Shown here: piece after piece, positions 1 through 8,273 of the stretch
How positions within the stretch are numbered: the first letter of the stretch is position 1
Layout: every line of letters starts with the position of its first letter
Assembly: GCA_027076245.1 (NCBI GenBank)
Contig: JALTKC010000492.1
Coordinates: forward strand, 1 to 36,466
DNA length: 36,466 bases
Source of the DNA: Gammaproteobacteria bacterium
Lineage (GTDB): Bacteria > Pseudomonadota > Gammaproteobacteria > GRL18
Reading direction: 5' to 3'
Made by a program: the position numbers and the translations under genes
The notes under the pieces: generated by a model
Databases searched by the model: none
What the model saw: only the letters and a program-made list of their open reading frames with translations
Told to the model about the DNA's origin: nothing

Positions 1-741
1 GCCGCACAGATAAAAACTGAAGTTAAAAATGAAACCTTCAGTAAAATTAATGCCCTGACCAAACAGAACAGCATTATACTTAATGATCAGCTTACCCGGA
101 TCAGACAATCCATTAAAGAAATAAAGGCACAACAGTCTCAGGAACAAAGCACTTTAAATACCCCACAGACAAAGTCTGAAACTACTGCTGACACCGCGAC
201 ACTTAACAACAACCCCCAACAGGAACTTCTGCAAGCCCGGCTGGCGGCGCTGGAAACAGCTCTGAAAAAAGAGCTTCAGGAAGAACTACAAAAAGAACTT
301 AATGGTAAAACAGCCGGTTTAAAAGAGGAGCAGAGCCAGCTTAAACAGTCTGTCAGTCATTTATCAGAGAAGGTTTCTCAGATAGACAGTAAAGTGACTG
401 AACTTGAGAAAAACCTGCAAACATCATCTCAAACCGCTACCCCATCAAACAATACAAAGTCCAATACCAAAAAGCAGGCCATTATTCCTGTCAGCAGCAT
501 AACCACCCCATTTTATGCTGTCCAGGTTTCCGGCTCCTGGCAGACAGCCTCCATTAAGGACTTTATGCTTAAACATCAACTGGTCAATAAGGCCGCCATT
601 TACCAAACGGAGCTGAATAACAAACCCTGGTTTATTATCCTTATAGGCAACTATCAAAATTTTAAGCAGGCCAGACAGGCTCTAAAAGCATTACCTGAAG
701 ACTTAACACAATTAAAACCCTGGGTAAGAAAACTGCCTTAA
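1..741 (+). CDS. SPOR-domain protein (DamX-like), 5'-truncated at the window edge
   Basis: Frame 1 is open from base 1 to TAA 739-741; the track ORF 394..741 is only the part after an internal GTG. The N-part is Q/E/K/L-rich and coiled-coil-like. The C-terminal ~75 aa (FYAVQVSGSW...WFIILIGNYQNFKQARQAL) resemble a SPOR peptidoglycan-binding domain. Confidence 0.7.
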   Translation, partial: AAQIKTEVKNETFSKINALTKQNSIILNDQLTRIRQSIKEIKAQQSQEQSTLNTPQTKSETTADTATLNNNPQQELLQARLAALETALKKELQEELQKELNGKTAGLKEEQSQLKQSVSHLSEKVSQIDSKVTELEKNLQTSSQTATPSNNTKSNTKKQAIIPVSSITTPFYAVQVSGSWQTASIKDFMLKHQLVNKAAIYQTELNNKPWFIILIGNYQNFKQARQALKALPEDLTQLKPWVRKLP

Positions 742-1955
742 AAAGCCACCTTTAAAGAAGTCACTGTCAATTCAGGTGAGCGTGGAGAGACTCTTTGCTG
801 AATCAGGTTCAGAGTATTGTCTTCCAGGGGTCTGAACAGCTTGCGTTTTAAGGACTGGAAATCGGGGTGGGTCTGACAGGATTTTACAGCTTCCGGGTGA
901 CAGAATTTTATGGTCCAGGAATATTTATAATGACTGTCATTATCCATAAGCTCTGATACCAGCACTTCCCTGACACCGGGAATGCGGGATAAAACAGCCT
1001 GAACCTCATAGACTGTGCTTAGGGGCAGTCCCTGTTCTGCAAAGGGTTTATAAATCAGTAGCTGTTCTACGGGCTGCCAGATATGGCATTGTGACAGCAC
1101 TTCTGCAGCCCGGCCGGCTGCTCCCCACAGGCGCAGGTATTTCTCAACATCAGAGGTAATGGCTGCTTTGCTCATATTCTGGATCTGGCTGTAGCTAATA
1201 CCGATGGTGCCCCGGGTGCTTTCTCTGAGTTTTCTGGCGGCCAGTTCAGAAATGCCGGTAAAACAGTTGATTTTGGCAACACCATTGCTGATTAAGCGAT
1301 GATACTGGCTGTCTGAGAGGCCGCTGCCACCGTGGATTACAAGAGGCATTTTCAGGGCTTCATTAATTTGTTTTAGACGCTGATAATCCAGTCTCGGCTT
1401 GCCTTTCATTCGGCCGTGTACGGTGCCGATGGATACCGCCAGACAATCCACTCCAGTACGTTCCACATAGGCTTTTGCTTCAGCCAGAGAGGTATAGGCC
1501 AGTTCATCACAGGCTTTGGTCTGTTTTTCTTCGGCCTGGGGTACATAACCCAGTTCACCTTCTACGCTGATGCCGCAGGCATGAGCCATTGCTACTGCGT
1601 CTTTGGTGATCCGGGTATTTTCAGAAAAGTTCAGGTGTGAGGCATCCACCATAATGCTGTTGCAGCCCAGGCGGATACCGTCTGTAGCTGAGTCAATGCT
1701 TTTACCGTGATCAAAATGAATGGCTACCGGCACCTGTGCCCTTGCGGCAGCGGCTTCTACGGCCGGCATCAGCAGCTGTACATCAAAATCGTCAAAATGA
1801 TGTTCACCGACACTGAGAATAACCGGTGCCCGTGCCCGCTCTGCCGCATCCATAACCGCTGAGAGCATTTCCAGATTAATCAGTTCAAAGGCACCTACCG
1901 CATAACCATGGTGATAAGCATGGTTGAGCATATCCTTCATATCTGCAAGCGGCAT
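738..1955 (-). CDS. fba: Class II (metal-dependent) fructose/ketose-bisphosphate aldolase with C-terminal Dabb-like domain
   Basis: 405 aa. Residues 1 to ~288 carry class II aldolase motifs: AIHFDHG, IMVDASH, VEGELG, SIGTVHG, VIHGGSG, and WGAAGRA at the usual C-terminus. Residues ~294-388 (nt ~792-1076) resemble a stress-responsive alpha/beta-barrel (Dabb) domain (LLIYKPF, IPGV, HPDF). ATG 1955 lies 6 nt after the upstream stop, with a GAGG SD. Confidence 0.85.
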   Translation of the reverse strand: MPLADMKDMLNHAYHHGYAVGAFELINLEMLSAVMDAAERARAPVILSVGEHHFDDFDVQLLMPAVEAAAARAQVPVAIHFDHGKSIDSATDGIRLGCNSIMVDASHLNFSENTRITKDAVAMAHACGISVEGELGYVPQAEEKQTKACDELAYTSLAEAKAYVERTGVDCLAVSIGTVHGRMKGKPRLDYQRLKQINEALKMPLVIHGGSGLSDSQYHRLISNGVAKINCFTGISELAARKLRESTRGTIGISYSQIQNMSKAAITSDVEKYLRLWGAAGRAAEVLSQCHIWQPVEQLLIYKPFAEQGLPLSTVYEVQAVLSRIPGVREVLVSELMDNDSHYKYSWTIKFCHPEAVKSCQTHPDFQSLKRKLFRPLEDNTLNLIQQRVSPRSPELTVTSLKVAF

Positions 1956-1961
1956 TATGTT

Positions 1962-2315
1962 TTACCTCAATTGTTGCTGTAATGCTTCGGACAGAAAATG
2001 CAGACTGGGCTCCCGCATTTTACTGGCCATATAATGATAATAATTCAGGGTGCATTCGACCGGCGTGTGCAGACTGTCTCGCCCCTTATCCTGAAAATCC
2101 ACCCAGGCCAGAATGGGCAGGTCGTATTTATTTTCATCCACCACCACCCAGCTGTCTTTTTCTATGATAAGCACCATGTACTCAAAATCCGGTATGTCCA
2201 GACGCAGAGGAAAGTTCAGGTGCAGTTTTGCCCGCCGCCATAGATTATATAAACCAGCATCTATCTGGTGAACTCTGGCGGCAAAAACAGGCATATCCTC
2301 AATGCGAGTGGTCAT
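1962..2315 (-). CDS. Hypothetical protein (orf117) in the cbb operon
   Basis: 117-aa ORF with no family I recognise. It starts 24 nt after the cbbO stop (GGGAGAAGGG SD) and ends 6 nt before the aldolase start, on the same strand. The packing implies co-translation with the operon. Confidence 0.6.
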   Translation of the reverse strand: MTTRIEDMPVFAARVHQIDAGLYNLWRRAKLHLNFPLRLDIPDFEYMVLIIEKDSWVVVDENKYDLPILAWVDFQDKGRDSLHTPVECTLNYYHYMASKMREPSLHFLSEALQQQLR

Positions 2316-2339
2316 ATACCCTTCTCCCGGACAGCCACA

Positions 2340-4685
2340 TTAACCTGTTAAACTGGCGAATAATAACGGCAATTGTTCCGGCAGACGATCCACATGATCC
2401 ACAATGGTATAGTGGCTTTCACCAAAAATGCGTTTTACATAACTGTCGGCATTGGGATCCAGGGTCAGGCAGTAAGTCAGGACGCCATTGCTGTAGAGTT
2501 CCTCTACGGCCTTTTTGGTGTCATGGCGTAAATGCTGCGGATCCTGCTCGTCAATATCCGCCGGTTCTCCGTCGGTGACCAGTAGAATCAGCTTACGGCG
2601 TTCCGGCTGTTTAAGCAAATGATATCCGGCATGGCGTAATGCTCCCCCCATACGGGTGGACAGGCCGCCGGTCATACCGGCTAAACGCGCTTTGGCTTCA
2701 TCATCGTAATGCTGGTTAAAATCCTTAAAGCGATAATACTGAACATCATGACGGCCATCAGAGGCAAAACCATGAATGGCAAAAGGATCGCCAATCCCTT
2801 CCATTGCCGTGGCAACCAGCGAGGCAGCCTCCCGGGTAAGCTGTAAAACGGTTTTGTCTGATTCGCCGATGGTCTCATTGGTTGACTCCGATAAATCCAG
2901 TAATACCACAATTGACAGGTCTCGGGTTTTAAGCACATTACGCATGGTAATACGCGGACTGGGCTGTTCTCCCATACGAATGGCAATCATGGCATCCACC
3001 GCGGCATTGATATCTACTTCGTCCCCGTCTTCCAGACCACGCTGGCGCTGTACGCCGGCCGGTGCCAGCAGGTCAATGATCTGCCGGATACGATGGGCAA
3101 TGGGTTTATGCTCCACCAGGATCTGTTCTATATCTTCCGGATCCCCTTTGGGCATTCTGCGTTCATACAGGGTTACCCAGTCCGGGCGGTGCAGCTGGAT
3201 CTGGTAGTCCCATTCCTGATAGTGGAACGGATCAGAAATCGGCTCCTTACCCATGATTTCATTAAAGCTGGTAGCGGTATCCGTCAGATCATCTTCATAC
3301 ACCCGCATAACATCCGAACAGGTCCAGATCTCCTGAGCATCATCACCGGCCAGTTCACAGTCCACTTCATGAGCCATCATCAGCGGGCTGACCTTGTAGC
3401 GAACCTGACGCTGGCTGGCCGGCAGGTATTCGGTGCCGTTGTTCCAGTCGATGTCTTCAAAATGCCAGACAATGCGGTTATCATCCCGGTACGGAATACG
3501 GTAACGTTCCAGAATACGCAGGCTGGGCACGGCTTTGCGGCCGGCAAAAATATTGTACAGCTCCACTCCCATCAGCCAGGAGAAATGGTTATCCTCTTCA
3601 TGCTCATGAACTTCATTATGAAACTTTTCGACAAAGGTATTGAGTTGTTCGTCATCCCCTTTTATGTCACTGTCCAGTAACTGCAGGGCCAGTTTTTCCA
3701 GTATGGGTACGGTTTCATGCTCAACCGGCTCATCGTAATCTGCCATCATCAGTGAACGCCAGAGTTTTTTCAGACCGGGAAAGCGCTTAACCGCCATATA
3801 TTCCACCCGCGCATCTTCCAGCAGACCGATAAAAAACATCTGCGCAGGACTGAGCTGTTCGGCGGATACAGATTTTCTGCCGTACATCATGTGAGCGGCC
3901 ATATGAGCGGCCGTGGCACGGTAAATTTCCAGGCCGGGAATATCACCCAGATCATCCAGAGCATCGGGCATGTGCAGGATACGGTCTTCTACATAGGGAC
4001 GAAAGTCCGTATAGTCGGCACCGGTAGGCCTCAGAAAAAAGTCCCGCCCCCATAAGGCACGCAGATAAAAGTTAATTTTACGCTGGATTTTGACAAACAG
4101 GATCCCCCGCCGTTCTTTTTCCAGCATGGCCCGGCTGTCAGCTGATTCCAGGTTGAAGTAAGCGGTCAGATTATTAAAATCACGACGATAGGCCTGGGCA
4201 CCAAAGTTCGCCCAGCGGCGCAGACCGCTCAGGGTCAGCTTGGACAGCAGTTCATCAATATGACTGAGCATGGGGCGCAGACCACGGGCAGCCGTGGAAG
4301 CCAGCTGATGGATCAGGGTCAGATAACCCCGGACCAGCTGAGCATCCCCAAGATGCCTGGCCGCTGTAGGCAGACTGGACAGCATCAGGTTAATCACCTG
4401 CCCGGAGGTCATAGAGGAGACTTTCATGGCGGCGGTGATGACATCAGAAATAATGTCCTCACCGCATTCTTTGGCTACAAGGGGCATTTCCTGCAGATAG
4501 GTGATGACCAGTTCATGCCCTCTTCCCAGTTTGCTCAGCGCAAGGGCACCATCCATATAATCAGACAGGCCTGCAGGCGACATGATTCTGGCCGCTTCGT
4601 GAAAGGTACTGTCAAGAATATCCCGCACTTCCGGAACCGTCTGTTCCAGAAATTCTGAATAATCTTCCAGTTTAATGGATGACAT
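2340..4685 (-). CDS. cbbO: CbbO, von Willebrand A-domain adaptor subunit of the CbbQO Rubisco activase
   Basis: 781 aa. C-terminal vWA domain with MIDAS-type VVLLDLSESTN and LLVTDGEPAD. Size, architecture and position directly after cbbQ match the CbbO/NorD family. AGGAG SD upstream of ATG 4685. Confidence 0.9.
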   Translation of the reverse strand: MSSIKLEDYSEFLEQTVPEVRDILDSTFHEAARIMSPAGLSDYMDGALALSKLGRGHELVITYLQEMPLVAKECGEDIISDVITAAMKVSSMTSGQVINLMLSSLPTAARHLGDAQLVRGYLTLIHQLASTAARGLRPMLSHIDELLSKLTLSGLRRWANFGAQAYRRDFNNLTAYFNLESADSRAMLEKERRGILFVKIQRKINFYLRALWGRDFFLRPTGADYTDFRPYVEDRILHMPDALDDLGDIPGLEIYRATAAHMAAHMMYGRKSVSAEQLSPAQMFFIGLLEDARVEYMAVKRFPGLKKLWRSLMMADYDEPVEHETVPILEKLALQLLDSDIKGDDEQLNTFVEKFHNEVHEHEEDNHFSWLMGVELYNIFAGRKAVPSLRILERYRIPYRDDNRIVWHFEDIDWNNGTEYLPASQRQVRYKVSPLMMAHEVDCELAGDDAQEIWTCSDVMRVYEDDLTDTATSFNEIMGKEPISDPFHYQEWDYQIQLHRPDWVTLYERRMPKGDPEDIEQILVEHKPIAHRIRQIIDLLAPAGVQRQRGLEDGDEVDINAAVDAMIAIRMGEQPSPRITMRNVLKTRDLSIVVLLDLSESTNETIGESDKTVLQLTREAASLVATAMEGIGDPFAIHGFASDGRHDVQYYRFKDFNQHYDDEAKARLAGMTGGLSTRMGGALRHAGYHLLKQPERRKLILLVTDGEPADIDEQDPQHLRHDTKKAVEELYSNGVLTYCLTLDPNADSYVKRIFGESHYTIVDHVDRLPEQLPLLFASLTG

Positions 4686-4732
4686 AAGTGAATACTCCTA
4701 TTCCCGGTTCACAATGAGATTAGCGTTATGGT

Positions 4733-4766
4733 CGGTCTCTGTTTTTAGAGATGTTTTCAGAGACCG
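4733..4766 (-). other. Intercistronic 9-bp perfect hairpin between cbbQ and cbbO
   Basis: CGGTCTCTG (4733-4741) and CAGAGACCG (4758-4766) flank a 16-nt loop. It starts 8 nt after the cbbQ stop and has no U-tract after it on the transcript. Confidence 0.5.
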
Positions 4767-4773
4767 GTACACC

Positions 4774-5580
4774 TTATCCCAGGAAGGTCTGTACTGCGGC
4801 ATTGAGGGTATCGCGCATATCCGGATCATCGGTCAGCGGAGTGACCATAGTAATACTGCAGGCCGCTTCTGGATCAATACCCTTGGCAATTAACTGTCCG
4901 GCATAGACCAGCAGACGGGTCGAAATGCCCTCATCCAGACCATGTCCCTTAAGATTACGGGCACGATGGGCAATCTGCACCAGTTTTTCTGCAATGACAC
5001 GCTCCACACCGGATTCCTTGTGGACAATATCAACTTCGATTTCAGTTTCAGGGTAATCAAAGTTCAGACCGCCAAAACGTTGCTTGGTGGACTGCTTCAG
5101 ATCTTTCATTAAGCTCTGATAACCTGGGTTGTATGAAATGACCAGCTGAAAATCCGGATGAGCTTCAATCAGCTCACCTTTTTTATCCAGCGGCAGAGTG
5201 CGACGATGGTCAGTCAGCGGGTGAATAACAACCGTGGTGTCCTGACGGGCTTCGACCACCTCATCGAGATAGCAGATTGCGCCAATTCTAGCAGCCGTGG
5301 TTAATGGGCCGTCCTGCCACTTGGTGCCGTCCTTATCCAGCAGGAAACGTCCTACCAGATCCGAAGCGGTCATATCTTCGTTACAGGCCACGGTAATTAG
5401 CGGACGCTGCAGCTTCCAGGCCATGTATTCAACAAAACGGGACTTACCGCAGCCGGTAGGTCCTTTGAGCATCATGGGCATACGCACATTGTATGCGGCC
5501 TCATAGTGCTCGACTTCCTTACCCGTTGGCTCATAATAGGGCTCGTTTTTAACTATATACTGTTGTGCATCTACACTCAT
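4774..5580 (-). CDS. cbbQ: CbbQ, MoxR-class AAA+ ATPase subunit of Rubisco activase
   Basis: Walker A GPTGCGKS, Walker B ICYLDEV, and CbbQ/NirQ/NorQ-like throughout. I prefer ATG 5580 (MSVDAQQ, AGGTGG SD ~8 nt upstream) over the track's GTG 5592. Confidence 0.93.
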   Translation of the reverse strand: MSVDAQQYIVKNEPYYEPTGKEVEHYEAAYNVRMPMMLKGPTGCGKSRFVEYMAWKLQRPLITVACNEDMTASDLVGRFLLDKDGTKWQDGPLTTAARIGAICYLDEVVEARQDTTVVIHPLTDHRRTLPLDKKGELIEAHPDFQLVISYNPGYQSLMKDLKQSTKQRFGGLNFDYPETEIEVDIVHKESGVERVIAEKLVQIAHRARNLKGHGLDEGISTRLLVYAGQLIAKGIDPEAACSITMVTPLTDDPDMRDTLNAAVQTFLG

Positions 5581-5684
5581 AATCTTACCCACCTGTGGTT
5601 TTAACGGATTACATCTATTTAGTATTCATCCATTTCTTAAATGGCTTCTCTCACCCAATAGGTTAGAGAATAAAGCACCTTCAA

Positions 5685-5710
5685 CCTGGGAGTGCGGGCA
5701 TCTTGCCCGC
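5685..5710 (+). repeat. REP-like 26-nt palindromic unit, copy 1
   Basis: CCTGGGAGTGCGGGCATCTTGCCCGC. It contains an internal 7-bp hairpin, GCGGGCA-TCT-TGCCCGC. Confidence 0.75.
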
Positions 5711-5742
5711 ATCAAAAATAACGTGCAAACTGGCATGTTAAC

Positions 5743-5768
5743 GTGGGCAGGATGCCCACGCTCCCAGG
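5743..5768 (-). repeat. REP-like 26-nt palindromic unit, copy 2 (inverted relative to copy 1)
   Basis: The plus strand reads GTGGGCAGGATGCCCACGCTCCCAGG. Its reverse complement matches copy 1 at 22 of 26 positions. Two of the differences form a compensatory pair in the internal stem (C-G becomes T-A). Confidence 0.75.
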
Positions 5769-5786
5769 ATGTTGCTCTATTTTTAA

Positions 5787-5811
5787 ATATTCATATTAAA
5801 AATATGAATAT
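5787..5811. other. AT-only 10-bp perfect hairpin downstream of orf103
   Basis: ATATTCATAT (5787-5796), a 5-nt loop, then ATATGAATAT (5802-5811). It lies about 50 nt past the orf103 stop. Confidence 0.4.
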
Positions 5812-5859
5812 ACGGTTGGACACTAAATAGCAGCACTCCTGTGCTTAAGTAAATGAGGT

Positions 5860-6171
5860 TTATTCCTCATCACCAGTTTCAACTTCTCCACTCCAGCCGG
5901 CCTTTCTGGCCTGTTCCATGGCACGGCCATGAATTTCATTATGACGCTGACGTAAATCATCCGGTAAGTGACTGACCAGACAACCGTATTTATCCCATTG
6001 ATCATTGACCTGTTGTAACAGCGCATTGATACGAGACAGATCCCAGCCTTCACAGGTTTCTGTTTCCGGTATTAAACCGAATACCTGGGCATCGCGGATA
6101 ATTTTGCCGATATTCGTCATACCGCCATTGACGTCTTTATCAACACCAATATATTCCTGAGGTTTATTCAT
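5860..6171 (-). CDS. Hypothetical small acidic protein (orf103) between cbbS and cbbQ
   Basis: 103-aa ORF with protein-like composition and an acidic tail (GEVETGDEE). No family recognised. Same strand as the cbb genes. The SD is weak (AGAGAAAC). Confidence 0.55.
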   Translation of the reverse strand: MNKPQEYIGVDKDVNGGMTNIGKIIRDAQVFGLIPETETCEGWDLSRINALLQQVNDQWDKYGCLVSHLPDDLRQRHNEIHGRAMEQARKAGWSGEVETGDEE

Positions 6172-6235
6172 CGGGTTTCTCTAAATTTTAGTCTCAATAT
6201 CTTTTTGAATAGCTAAATTTTTAATCAATTTTTTA

Positions 6236-6292
6236 TAAAAAGCTGTTCCGCCCACTAAACTGGAAACGGACAAGGGCGCAGGCAGAACAGCT
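6236..6292 (-). terminator. Putative partial intrinsic terminator or attenuator after cbbS
   Basis: On the transcript, AGCTGTTC..GCCC pairs with GGGCGGAACAGCT. The plus-strand arms are 6241-6253 and 6274-6292, with a 6-nt bulge. The structure is followed by UUUUAUAAAAAAUU. Confidence 0.5.
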
Positions 6293-6358
6293 CATTTTTA
6301 CAACTGCCTTTTATAACTGCTATGCTTTTAGCAGCTAAGACATTCAGTGCGATGGATA

Positions 6359-6706
6359 TTAATCCATCTTGCCACGGTAAATAACCATGGCCGCACCAGC
6401 AGACTGTGCAAAGTTGTCAAATCCTAACAGACGCACATGGTTATTTGGATGTGCGGCATGGCAGGCTTCAACTTCTTTTAAAATCACATCTACATCGGTT
6501 TCACCGAACATAGGCAGTTTCCACATGTACCAGTAATGTCCTCCGGCATTTTCTGGTTCAGTGTGTTCAATACCAGGGTTCCAGCCCTTGCTCACGATGT
6601 ATTCGATCTGAGCGCGGGTCTGTTCTGGTGTGAACTCAGGCAAATATGAAAAAGTTTCAAATTTGCGGCTTGAGGCATCGCTCAGGCTGGATTGATAATC
6701 TTGCAT
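6359..6706 (-). CDS. cbbS: Rubisco form I small subunit
   Basis: 115 aa with [19 protein letters not shown] and VRLLGFDN. Starts 28 nt after cbbL with an AAGGAG SD. Confidence 0.95.
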   Translation of the reverse strand: MQDYQSSLSDASSRKFETFSYLPEFTPEQTRAQIEYIVSKGWNPGIEHTEPENAGGHYWYMWKLPMFGETDVDVILKEVEACHAAHPNNHVRLLGFDNFAQSAGAAMVIYRGKMD

Positions 6707-6734
6707 TTTTAATGCTCCTTATTACTTTTTTAAA

Positions 6735-8153
6735 TTACTTGTGAGAAACGTCTAATTTGTCAACAGTGTCAAATTCAAACTTGATCTCTTTCCAGGTTTC
6801 CATAGCAGCCGCCAGTTCAGGACTGTGCTTGGCAGCATTAGTCAGGATATCCTTACCTTCTTTCTCAAGTTCACGACCCATATTGCGTGCTTCTACACAA
6901 GCTTCAACGGCAACACGGTTAGCCGCGGCACCCGCTGCATTACCCCATGGGTGACCCAGAGTACCACCACCGAACTGCAATACTGAATCATCACCAAAGA
7001 TGTTAACCAGAGCAGGCATGTGCCATACATGAATACCACCGGAAGCAACCGGGAACAGTCCAGGCATTGCGCCCCAGTCCTGATCAAAGAAAATACCGCG
7101 TGAACGATCTTCTTTAATATAAGAATCACGCATCAGGTCAATCCAGCCCAGGGTGGCATCACGGTCACCTTCCAGCTTACCAACAACGGTACCGGAGTGC
7201 AGATGGTCACCACCGGACAAACGCAGGATCTTGGTCAGTACACGGAAGTGGATACCATGATGTGGGTTACGGTCAAGTACCGCGTGCATAGCACGGTGAA
7301 TGTGCAGCAGCATACCGTTTTCCTGACACCATTGTGCTAATTGAGTATTAGCTGCCCAGCCGCCGGTAATATAGTCATGCATGATAATTGGAGCACCAAT
7401 TTCCTTGGCGTATTCAGCACGACGCATCATTTCGTCAGAAGTCGGCGCGGTTACGTTCAGATAGTGACCTTTACGTTCGCCGGTTTCTGCTTCTGCTTTT
7501 TCAATGGCTTCCATTACAAAGTCAAAACGGGCTCTCCAGCGCATGAATGGCTGTGAGTTAACGTTTTCATCATCCTTGGTAAAGTCCAGACCACCACGCA
7601 GACCTTCATAACAGGCACGACCGTAGTTCTTGGCAGACAGACCCAGCTTGGGCTTAATGGTACAACCCAGTAAAGGACGGCCGTATTTGTTCAGGATGTC
7701 ACGCTCTAACTGGATACCCTGCGGTGGTCCATTACAGGTCATAACATAGGCCAGTGGGAAACGGATGTCTTCGAGACGCAGGGCACGCAGGGCTTTAAAG
7801 CCAAATACGTTACCAACCAGAGAAGTCATTACATTAACAACTGAACCTTCTTCAAACAGGTCAATCGGGTAAGCAATAAAGGCATAGAAACAGGTATCAT
7901 CACCAGGTACGTCTTCAATTGCATAAGCACGGCCCTTGTAGTAGTCCAGATCCGTTAACAGATCGGTCCATACGGTAGTCCAGGTACCGGTGGAAGATTC
8001 TGCAGCTACCGCAGCAGCGACTTCTTCACGCGGAACACCATCCTGAGGGGTTACCTTAAAACACGCCAGAATATCAGTATCTTTCGGGGTGTATTCAGGC
8101 ATCCAGTACGTTTCGCGGTATTCTTTTACACCCGCGTCATAGGTCTTGGCCAT
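6735..8153 (-). CDS. cbbL: Rubisco form I (green-type, IA-like) large subunit
   Basis: 472 aa with [37 protein letters not shown] and [19 protein letters not shown]. Confidence 0.98.
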   Translation of the reverse strand: MAKTYDAGVKEYRETYWMPEYTPKDTDILACFKVTPQDGVPREEVAAAVAAESSTGTWTTVWTDLLTDLDYYKGRAYAIEDVPGDDTCFYAFIAYPIDLFEEGSVVNVMTSLVGNVFGFKALRALRLEDIRFPLAYVMTCNGPPQGIQLERDILNKYGRPLLGCTIKPKLGLSAKNYGRACYEGLRGGLDFTKDDENVNSQPFMRWRARFDFVMEAIEKAEAETGERKGHYLNVTAPTSDEMMRRAEYAKEIGAPIIMHDYITGGWAANTQLAQWCQENGMLLHIHRAMHAVLDRNPHHGIHFRVLTKILRLSGGDHLHSGTVVGKLEGDRDATLGWIDLMRDSYIKEDRSRGIFFDQDWGAMPGLFPVASGGIHVWHMPALVNIFGDDSVLQFGGGTLGHPWGNAAGAAANRVAVEACVEARNMGRELEKEGKDILTNAAKHSPELAAAMETWKEIKFEFDTVDKLDVSHK

Positions 8154-8168
8154 TTTGTTCTCCTGTGG

Positions 8169-8186
8169 TTAAACCAATGTGTTTAA
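8169..8186. promoter_or_regulatory. Perfect palindrome TTAAAC-N6-GTTTAA just upstream of the cbbL SD
   Basis: TTAAACCAATGTGTTTAA lies 16 nt upstream of the cbbL ATG. It is either a candidate operator or a leader hairpin in the cbbL-cbbR control region. Confidence 0.35.
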
Positions 8187-8244
8187 TATTTGTTTTAAAA
8201 GAGTCACTTTGTCAGCGGTTAAAAGCTTTCAAAGTTTCCGTTGG

Positions 8245-8273
8245 TTGAAATTATGTTGCAGGCAATGTATAAA
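8245..8273 (+). promoter_or_regulatory. Candidate sigma70 promoter for cbbR
   Basis: TTGAAA (8245-8250), a 17-nt spacer, then TATAAA (8268-8273). It lies about 40 nt upstream of the cbbR ATG. Confidence 0.45.

Noticed and set aside
2776-3680. Plus-strand ORFs of 143 and 195 aa antisense to cbbO.
   Set aside because: They are entirely antisense to a confidently assigned cbbO reading frame. They have Ser/Arg-rich or otherwise atypical composition and no start context.
5581-5592. GTG 5592 as the cbbQ start (MGKIMSVD...).
   Set aside because: That GTG lies inside the AGGTGG SD that serves ATG 5580. Homologs start near MSVDAQQ.
5823-6053. 76-aa minus-strand ORF overlapping orf103 in another frame.
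   Set aside because: It is shorter, has an odd Cys/Met/Arg-rich composition, and lies fully inside the better orf103 frame.
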